From: Ophelia neglecta
Lineage: Eukaryota
Direction: 5' to 3'
NCBI GenBank assembly: GCA_965285935.1
Contig: OZ260661.1
Coordinates: 88,598,001-88,662,000 of the forward strand
Length of the DNA: 64,000 bases
Numbering within the stretch: position 1 is the stretch's first letter; every line of letters begins with the position of its first letter. The notes under the pieces were generated by a model. The model saw nothing but the letters and a program-made list of their open reading frames with translations, was not told the DNA's origin and ran no database searches. Positions 13,502 through 23,819 of the stretch are shown in pieces. Both the position numbers and the translations under genes were made by a program.

Positions 13502-14551
13502 TCACCAGAGCCAAGTATTTTGTCTAATATTGATAACCTGTCTATCCTTGCCGGAAGGTAACCTAACAGCTGAGCTGGGTACAGCCGACACGTACTTCTT
13601 TCCGTCCCATTTCCTCTGTGGCAGAGGAGGAAGTTCCGGAAATGACGAACCATAGGGGTATCCCACACGCGGCTTGAGAGTATATCGTCCACGAAACTGA
13701 GAAGCGGGGGTTCTGCTAATGAACTCGGTCCTTTGTCTCTGCAGGGTTGGTGGCATTTCATGGGGAGTGCTTATTGTGTCTCTCTGTCTGTTAGCGGCAA
13801 TTCTACCTATATTAGATTGCTGGAGCCGGAACCCGTACTCCGGCTTGTATTCAGGAACCGAGGAATCAGCTTTTTTCTGTAACGCCCGTCTGTGGGTCGT
13901 TTCCAAAGACGTGCTGGTCTCCAATTTTGCCGGTAGGTTTTGTTTTGAGTGCATATCAGGTTTAAGAGGAGCCCGAGTATTAAATGCTATCTGACTTTTC
14001 TCTTTTTTTCTAGAACTGGCAGTTATTGGTGCCAGGCGAGGTGTTCCTACAGAGGACAGCGTGTCCCTAGGAGTAACGTCAGAACCCGTCTGTGAATCCT
14101 CCTGGACAACTTCGGCGATGTTTGGCACTATCAAATGTACATTGGATTTCTCATCCGGGGTATTTTCCTGAGAAGTATTCTCATCCACGCTGACCTCTAA
14201 TGTATTACAATATTCCTCAAAACTGTTCACCAAAGCCAAGTCAATGTCTGCTAACTGCTTTTCAAGATCACATATCAGCCCATTACATCTCTTTTTATCA
14301 GACTGAGTGTAATATTTTCCTTTTGAAAGTTGATCAAACGCTTGTCTTATCGATCCAATATCCATTCCTAGCATTGTATTCAATGAAACGATATGGTTTG
14401 GAGTTCTCATAAAGCCGCTTTTAGGACGCGTCTTTTGACCCATAGTCATCATCTCCTTCAGCTGCATCCTCCGCTCGTGCACCGCTATCCACAGAGACTT
14501 GATCTTCTGGGACAAATCACCATGACGACGACTTATATCAGCAGGCTTCAT
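13502..14551 (-). CDS. Uncharacterised 349-aa protein (helical N-terminus, disordered S/T/P-rich middle, basic/aromatic C-terminal motif)
   Basis: 1050-nt ATG-initiated ORF in AT-rich DNA with raised GC. An upstream splice acceptor (CACTTTTCAG, exon starts at 14720) and a downstream UTR with a polyA signal support a real gene. No family recognised. Confidence 0.8.
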   Translation of the reverse strand: MKPADISRRHGDLSQKIKSLWIAVHERRMQLKEMMTMGQKTRPKSGFMRTPNHIVSLNTMLGMDIGSIRQAFDQLSKGKYYTQSDKKRCNGLICDLEKQLADIDLALVNSFEEYCNTLEVSVDENTSQENTPDEKSNVHLIVPNIAEVVQEDSQTGSDVTPRDTLSSVGTPRLAPITASSRKKEKSQIAFNTRAPLKPDMHSKQNLPAKLETSTSLETTHRRALQKKADSSVPEYKPEYGFRLQQSNIGRIAANRQRDTISTPHEMPPTLQRQRTEFISRTPASQFRGRYTLKPRVGYPYGSSFPELPPLPQRKWDGKKYVSAVPSSAVRLPSGKDRQVINIRQNTWLW

Positions 14552-16560
14552 ACCTGATCTTCATCTATTCTTATGAAGGTCCAGATGTAGTATATATCAC
14601 ACTGATCAATATTTATGATATCCAACGGGATCGAGTATCGCCCCCATTCAGCAGTATTCCCTAATAGATCTGACAAAAATCCTGCCTCAGGCTTTGTGCC
14701 TTACCCGTCTTTCCATAGTTCTGAAAAGTGCAATGAATGTTCAATAATTCAAGGTCTGGCGCAAAAGAACTTTTTCCCTTGAAATATACTGCGCTTAGGT
14801 TATCCTACGTTTACCAAGCAGCAGGGCTATTTACTTCGTAGCTGGTAAATATACCGATCAGGTGTTGTGTTTTACAAGCTATTGATAGTTTTCAACGCCT
14901 CAATACATCATACATGTGCCTGCCACCTGATCTACCTTTAATTCGATACTAGGACCCTTTGTGCTGTGAATATTACATCACCGCCAACATGTACCAGTGT
15001 AGGCCTAATCAACAAAGTCTAAGTCCAACAGAAAGGGGCTTGGGTCAGTTTTGACATTTTAAAATTGAGTTAAACTAGTTATAAATTCGACAAAGGCTTA
15101 TGTAGCATCAGCTAAGTGGCAGTTACTATCATATGGAAAGTCATATTGACTTGCTTGGGCAGGTTATCACACACCACGTACATTCCGTATAACTTAGCTC
15201 GATCCCCTTGCACATTGTTACCCATGATTCAGGAATACATGTACATACCTTACCATAATCCTGCTGATACCACCATTGTTAATAAAGCTTTGGAGTTGGG
15301 CTATGATACTGTGAAAGTTCAAAAAACACTGGTTGTTTTCTTGAATGAAAGAGCCATTCGTCTGCAGTCAAAGAATATAATGTTCAAGGCACATCTCGAC
15401 ACATGAACAGAGAGGATTTCTCATTGAAAAACAGTGATAATCATGATAATGACACAAATCGATTCTGAAACCGACGTCCAATAGCTATGTATTTGTGGCT
15501 AGAAAGCACCGTGCATAAACTTGCCCCAATCAGGATTCTGGTCACAACCTGAATACCGATCAAGTGAATTATGCCTACTTGGTGGGCAACATTCATTCGA
15601 CATCATAGATAAAGTGTATTACTGCGATAGTACGCAAATATGAATATAAATTATTCCCTTCTGATTACTAGAAAAATAGGCATATATTCAATAATTAATT
15701 TTCTAGAAGCCTCTCGCTTGCTGATACAGGCAAAACAGCGTTAAATATTATATAATGTAAGTAATAGTGTCTTGCTAAACGGTATTGATTACCACATAAA
15801 CTTACCCCCGTTTAAAAGTCTACCTGCCAGACCGCAGTGCCCGGGTATTCTATATATTCAACTGGATACGGCAGACTTTAGACATTTTACAGAGAGCCTA
15901 CAGCCAGCGGCTTGTTTAGTTTATACCTGGGCATATCTTTGGTCCATGATTTATATCCAGTTTATCGTACACTGACAAGCCAAGCCACAATTTATTAAAG
16001 CGTAATAAAACACAGTTTTTAAGTCTCTTTGTGTAGAAGCATTGAACTATATAAATCATTCTAAATCGCTTCTGTTAATCCGTTCAGTTAAGCCAATAAA
16101 CAGCCATTCATGATTTAAATCCCGGTGGTGTGTGTTTTGTCGTCGCTTTCGAAATCAGACTTTTATCTCTTCTGTGTGTGTCGGTCCGCACACTCTGATG
16201 TAAATTCAGTTAACTCCTTGACTTTTGCGACTCGGCCTATTGATCATGTTTTCTTGCCTTAAAGGTTTAGACTAGTTAGTTGACTAATAAGATGCGCTGT
16301 AGATAAATAATGCGATACTTTTTTTCAAGCTAGTTGTATCACCACCAGAGTAAATACCACGTCAGACTAACGCCGAGTAGGCTGGCACTGCAAGGGTCCC
16401 AGACACAATGGCATATCAATAACACACGCATAATCCGATAATCTGGCACAGGTAGGCCTATACATATATGAATGGCCCAAAATTAAGCGATGCATCTTTT
16501 TATGTAGCCAGTTTGGAAATGGCGTCTACATTTGAAGTTAGATGACAGTTCTAGATGGCA

Positions 16561-16700
16561 GTTGCTAAATAACATATACTGACCTGTTCAAAAACAAACT
16601 AGCGAGTCGTGACTAGCGACCCAAGCCAACTCCACCTGAAGACTTAACCGACTTAACGAAAACATCCCATTTTTCATGTTAATTTGGTTTCTGTAGGCCT
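16561..16700 (-). promoter_or_regulatory. Candidate first non-coding exon/promoter of the orphan gene, with an RFX X-box-like site
   Basis: Donor CAG|GTCAGT at 16584/16583; GTTGCTAAATAAC at 16561-16573; YY1-like AAATGGCG at ~16517. A second possible donor GGG|GTAAGT lies at ~15804. Confidence 0.35.
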
Positions 16701-19698
16701 ACTGGCTGCCAAGTCTCTACTGCCGCTTCCAACCTACCCTCATCCTGTGATGTAACTTGGACTTGGACAAAAGTACCGGAACCAGTAGCGCACGTGCCAC
16801 ATAATCAGCCATTACAGGAAAAAGGCACATAGAAAAATCAGTCTCAAGGGATATAAAATATTGCGCACACAGTTGGAATATTTTAATTTGTGAGGCTCGA
16901 AATGTTCTCTTTGGAGACTTCAAATTGGTACCTGTAATATTAAACATTGTATAACCCGTTTTTTGTATGGGTCAAATTAGCAGAACAATGTAGTAATATC
17001 TTGCCTTGTAGGGCAAGTTATGGCATCTTATGTAGCACTAGCTTCCATTCCATATATAAGCAACGGCATTGCCCTAAAGCCTCATTTTGATTTACATGTG
17101 GATTCAGTTTCTGTTTGCAATAACACACCTTAATTTAAACATTAAGGACGACACTCCGTTTTTGAACCTTGCCTTCGAGTACAAAGGCTTATTCCGTATC
17201 CTGCAAAGGGAACAGCGTGGCGTGGGGCAAAGAATTCCGCCATGTTAGGCTTAATATTATATATAAAAAGCGCATTGGAGAAAAAAACACAATTTCAGTT
17301 GTTTTGCCGTGTTGTTACTTTGATGCATGTACTCGTAGCGTCTCAATTTGAAAAACCAAATAATTTTAACAACCCTTTTTGTCGTGGTCAAATCCCGATA
17401 TTTTCAGCACTTGAATATATGTTGATAATACGACAATTCGGAGAGGACATCACTTAGCCTCAGATTGCAATCCAGTAGGCGCCAGCACCGTGTATGACTA
17501 GTCCTCATCATTAGTAATCTTGCAGCACTTGCCTCTTGATTGTGATCCATATGATCATCTGACCAACATGAAATTTACATATTTAGAAAGTTTTTACTTG
17601 GGTGTTTATCTTACTTAAATTGATAAGGCAAATTAAATAAATTCAAAATATTAATTCCGCATGTACAGCGGAAAGTAGCTCTGCCATCGTCTTCCTGACA
17701 ACTGTTTCCTTGGCTTGAAGGATTGTGGCTGATGGTTAGCAGTATGCAATTTTTCCGGCTGGCCCTATTATGTCCCCGGAATTATGACCGGACTGGTCCA
17801 TGTTCACTTGCTGTTAATCCGTCTAGCTATTTATGCCATAATGAGTTCTTGCGGCTACTCAAAGGGATAAATAACGAGTTTTAGGCGAGTTATCTTTTCA
17901 TTTGGTTTGCGGGACATTTACTATTTGTTCTGGTGATTTACTAAATTATGACGCGATGAAATAATGTATTAGCGATTTAGACCATTATGCTTTATTGTGC
18001 ATTCATCCATTTAGAAGCATGAGTCCCAGGACACGATGCTGAAAAAAGCGAAAATTTACTGAGTCCTCAACGTAGATTTTAAGCGATCAAAATGAAATTT
18101 GGTAAGACTTGGGACTCGCTTCAGTGCAAGAGTGCGTGTCCTTTTGGAAATTAGCGAGTCAAGGTACTCGGGACTGAAACAGTAATTAGGTACAGGGTGA
18201 AAATTCTGGTTTTTGAAGTCTCGCATAGGGCTAAAGTGAAATGTTTTAGAATGGAATTTACACGTATGACAGTAGCGACCAAAGTTGAACAGCATCATAC
18301 TACTTAGAGTGTACCAATAGTAGAGAAGAATACGATCGGAATAATAGTGATGGTAGTTTGCGCTTCAAATTATGAGACTACATGAAAGATTAATCGCTAG
18401 AGGGCGCCTGTAAAGAAGCAACTTGATGCAAAGCTATAGTCTCCATGGCTCTTCATCTCGTTTCATTGTCAGATAATAACATATCCTTTTCATTTAGATT
18501 GGCGAAGAGAACCGTCTGTTATATGTATGTAAATTTATGCACAAGCACATACTCTTCCACGAACATATATATCTGATAATTAGAAGCTTAATTCGACTTC
18601 AATGCAAATTTATTTTGTTGAATTAAATATAAGGGTATTTCATTAGTTTCTCTAATCAGCATAATAGATTTGACCATTCCGTGATCACTCTATTAATACT
18701 TGATTATTCCAAATATGATTGCATGCATCATAATTATGAATAAATTGCATAAATCTGCTGACCAAGAGCTTCTGAATATATTGCCAATAGCTCAGCTGTG
18801 TCCTGCCAGAATATCATTGGCAAGTAATTAAATACCAGGAACAAATGGTTAATTGTGCAAGCAATGGGTGTACAAGAAAAAACAATTTTGGAAAAATTCG
18901 GACTTTTGAATACTACTTAACACGGCCCAGACATAGACCAAACTCTTCTGGTACGATTTGCGATTAACAGAAATCACGCTAGCAAGAAATTGAATGTGAT
19001 TCACCAATATTTACACATGCCATGATAAAAAAAGGTACAAACTAGTGACTGGTTTAAAGAATTAATCGCTCGCACATCATGGATCATGTAAGAGTGTCTC
19101 AAAACAGCAAGTTCACTTACTTACTGAGCGCAATTGAATGGGTAAAATGTAGAACAAACTTCGCTAACTGCCAATAGATGTGCTTTGCTTTAGTCAAGTG
19201 TGGTCGAGTTGAGGTTCACTTCTTATATATAAATAAATATATATTTTTGATGCGGGTTATAAATACATAATTATTAAAAAAAAAACTAAATTATAGATAT
19301 CTAAAAAAAAACATTTGAGTAAATTTGAGTCAAATTTGTTTAAAATGACAACAAAAATATGTCCTCGCACACTATGGTCAATGACATGATCGTGCAAACT
19401 AGCATTACATAGCTGGAGTGGTTTTTAGACTAAGGGTCTTGGTTTGTTTTGGGACACCATAATGTAACAGACATTTATATGATCACATTACTAAGTTTTG
19501 TACCTTGATTAACATGGTTTTACATGGTTTGGTTTCGTTATTTATCATAGACTGTCACGCTAAATTTCAATTATTTGTAGGTTTCAACTAAAACACTAAT
19601 CTACTCTGCAGAAAGTGGATAGAAACAATATATGTGGAAACTAAATACACCGGTAATAAGAAAACAACTGGTAACAACGTAGACGGACTTTGTAAACA

Positions 19699-22600
19699 TT
19701 TATTCATTAACATTCACTAATACAAAAATATTGATTCCTCACGTCTGCAAGCCTGTACGGCTACTATGATAACATGCTATTTGTTGAGGTACATTTTCAT
19801 TGAAATTAGAAAAGGGTCGAGACCCAAGGTTAGAATGTGCATTAAAACGATAAATTGCCAAATATAAGAAATGGATTGGGTTTACAAATTAAAAAGATAC
19901 GTGTATGTAAATAATATTAGGAATGTTTTGATTTAAAGTATTTGTTTGACATTTGTGCCAAAGTGGTCTGTACTTGAAATTGTTATTAGAAAACCTCCAT
20001 TGTGGACGTGCATAATTATAAAACAGTAAATATTTTGACATCATGACCACAAATGGCACACTGTTAAACTATGTTTGAATAAAGGCAAAGACAAGCTTAA
20101 TAAATACTATTTAATTCATTGATATAACAATGTTATTACCAAACATTTTGACAATAATGGCACATTGACAATACAATATATTTTAGATATATCTAACAGT
20201 GTATATATGTGAACAAAATAGTTAATTCAATATTCACATCTAATTTACAGTGACACAACATTCCACCTAAAATGCATAAATTCAACCATATACTTGAGCT
20301 TCAGGAACAAATAAGTTGCATATAGTCTGTGTATCTTAACAAGGCTAGCTATTTCTAATCCGTACAACCGAAAAACAATTTAGTTCACGCAAGTTGAAAC
20401 CGTTTGGTAATAAAATCTAGAGCATGATATTTAAGGCATGCATATGAAGCTATTCCTCTATGGTAGCAGGACCGGTCAGTTGTCAGGTGCTTTCCTGATA
20501 CTTTCACCAGGTATGATATGGTACTGTATTGACGCAACTGTAGATATGTCATTAGAAAAAACAGAGTTGACTACGGCAAGCCAGTGGCGCACATGGGAGG
20601 GAATATTAGTCCTCTTTACATTTCCAAACATTTTGATTTCTCAAGGGGAAAGTCGACTGGTCTGACGTCGTAGGCCATAACAGTGATATGAATATTAAAA
20701 GAGGCCAGACCAGGGACGAGGCCCCATTTTCTTATGTATGTTAATGCATTGCAAAGGCACTTTATCTAAGAAACCCTCTGTAATAATCAAGATGTATTCT
20801 GGTTTAATAGGATAGATTAGAATGTTACTTTTGATAATACAAAAACCGTGTTGGGACAAGCCACAGATGGCAAGTGCAAAAATATTGGACCTATATGGGC
20901 ATGGGACTGCCATGGTGTGGGCACATAAGCGCAACCCTAATGAAATGACAAATAAAATGGAATGGACAGATTTGTGTAAGAAGTTTGATGATAGAGGCCT
21001 ACCATCAAACATTTGTATAATTGGTCCCGTAACTAACTTGGGCGGAGTTGTTTAATCTGGGAAAATATTGGACAAACATGAATGAAGAATCCGTTTGAAA
21101 TATATATATATATATATTTATATACATCCAAACATGGTTAAAATTGGTCCCCTTTCCAGCTTGGGCGGAGTATAAATTAGGCAATAGTATCCGACTTTAG
21201 GCAATAGAAACCGACTTTAGTGACAACAACAATCACTGGAAGAGTTTCTCAGCTACTGATAAATACAAAGTAGATAGATCTATAGAATTTGTACAACAAT
21301 TTATAAGGCTAACACTTGAGATAGCATGTGAAAACACAACTCGTGATGGGGAAAATTCATAGTCTAGAAGGAATGCACTTTATCAGCAAGAGTGTGTACA
21401 CTCAAGAAAGAGATCTAGCTGTGTAATAAAGTGTTGTCACTGTTTAGTCTGTTCGTTTGTGCACATTTGGGAACATTGATGTCATACATAAAGTACCCTA
21501 CATTTAAAATGAATCCAAATACTCAATATATATATGGATGACTACCTACTAAAAATATAATGCCTCTACATCAGGCCTATATACCAGCTCTTTTTGAATT
21601 TTGTTCAATCTAAAATGAGCACCAGCGAATCTATACTGCACTTTTACGTAGTGGGTAATTACATCTCTTATCTTTATACACTAATAATCAATACTTCAAT
21701 ATTACACTTTGGTAACTATACTTGGAAAATTACATTTTGACAGCTTTTTAACTGTCCAGGCACATATTAAATGCCATACACCTAACTACTAAGCACGACA
21801 ATCATTATTTACAAATTCAATATTCACAATTTGGATCTCGGAATGCATTTTTGCTTGGGAATGGTATTTCTCTACCCATTATTCAAGTGGACAGGAAGAT
21901 GATCTAGATCTTTACCCTGATGACGATTTGTAAAAGACACGCGATGACCAAAGTTCCAATCCATTGCAAAAAAATTTGTGATAAAAAGTTAAATGCAGTT
22001 TAAACATACATGTACTTTAAATTGATACATTTAAAATAATTCTGCTTACCTCACTGTACACACAATATTTGTACAATATAAAGTATGACAAAACTGTACA
22101 CGTAGCTAACATGAAATGTACATCAATCAACGCTGCATGCACTAAATATGTACATCAGTGACAAAATGCACAATATTCTGGATGTGGTTCCTACCATGTT
22201 ACACCACATTATAGTTTAAAACATATTTATCTTAAAATTTGTACACAATAAAATCCATAATAAAACGTGTGTATACTTTGGGTGCTAATAATGTGCCCTT
22301 TGTTTGGTGCAGATATTTTTTCTGGGATTTGTTTCACTTGTACAAAGATATAATTAAGTGAATTATTGCACCAATCACATTAAAACTGCAAATTAAAATG
22401 AAACTGCATTTGTCGCAATTATGACAGACCTCTCGAGCACATATTGTCAAAAGCACTGCTTGACTCGTCTTCAAGACTCAAAAAAAGGATCCTATATCAT
22501 TCCTGGTCCATTTTTAATCCAACCTCATTTAAACCTAAATATGCATATATCAAACCTTGCCAAAAGCGGATAGGAATCCAACATTACCAGACTAGAAAAC

Positions 22601-23819
22601 TGACTACATTAATCTAAATCATTACAATGAGAATTCCCGATGGGTTACTTACTTTCTTTTTACATATTGAAAACTCAACCGAATGTAGCTTTTTACTCTT
22701 TAAGTGTGTCTCTACCTACGTGAATGATATGCAATCAAAGCAATCACCAGATAAAAAACATAAAACCAATATGTATAAATTGGTGGGGGCTGCCATTACT
22801 GATAACATGATCAGATATTTGAGATCACAAAACGCATTTTGCTTTCACTATATGGCGATTGCAATCGAGATAATTCTTAATATATAGGAACCACACTCGT
22901 ATATATTGCACAGAGTAAAGCATAACACAAACCTGTCATATTTATACAAATAAATGCTTAGACTAGCATGTTTCAAATCCTCGTCTACATCAGGCGTGAG
23001 ATTCCTTGTCAGGTCAAACGTTACAAGAACCCTCTCATCAACTGCATGTTTCTTCTCACGTCCACAAGACAATTGACTCACTTGTCATGCATGTCAACTA
23101 ATGATTAAAAACAGCGGTGTTCTACTTTGACGATTTTTCGGCATACTATATCTGGATCAACAAGCATTACGCGTCTGTTTACCAGCGAAATGTCGTCCAT
23201 GTAAACAACGCTCCAAGTGGGCGGCAAAATCTTCAGAACATATCCAAATCGTTTGGTTCACTTGAAATATGCGACTTGTGAAAAACAGAATAGAGTTAGG
23301 TTCATGCATTAGGTCGTCTTTTTGGGGCTTAACGCCGTGTTTATGATGCATCAGTGGCGAGTCAGGACGCTTGGTCAAGTCCGGGTGACACCTGATGCAT
23401 CTCTATAGTCTTTGCTACACAACACAAACAATGCGCATTGAAGGTCGTGGGGATACTCGGCCTGTCTCAATATAACTTGCACTGACGTAAATGGCGGATG
23501 AACAAAGCCCTGAGTTCACTGTGAGTCTTTATGCTCGCACAACTAGCCCTGCTTATGACGATAATAACAAACACATAGCCAAATAGATTATTAATATTAC
23601 TATATCGAAGAAGTTTCTGTTTTGTTCCAAACTGAATATTATCTCTCTATTGCAGCTTTGGTGATGACAGGCTACAGAATGACAGTTTGACTAGTTCGAC
23701 CGACCCTTGTGAGCTTAATAAGCTTTGCACCGGTATGGAAAGTTCAGTCTCTTGAACCGAAGTCCCACTGATACAGAGTTCCCGGTTGGTGCTCCGGCCC
23801 TCGCACCCCGTCCACTGCC
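19699..23819 (-). other. Long (~4.1 kb) 3'UTR of the zinc-finger gene, ending at AATAAA 19704-19699
   Basis: Continuous UG/U-rich non-coding sequence after the stop codon, with many miRNA seed matches. AATAAA is followed by a GT-rich downstream element (19680-19620). Confidence 0.6.
21179..21220. repeat. Two-copy 20-bp tandem repeat
   Basis: GCAATAGTATCCGACTTTAG / GCAATAGAAACCGACTTTAG. Confidence 0.8.

Noticed and set aside
21144-21161. Possible miR-133 gene on the + strand
   Set aside because: Only a partial match, with no complementary 5' arm or pre-miRNA hairpin; better explained as a target site on the - strand mRNA.
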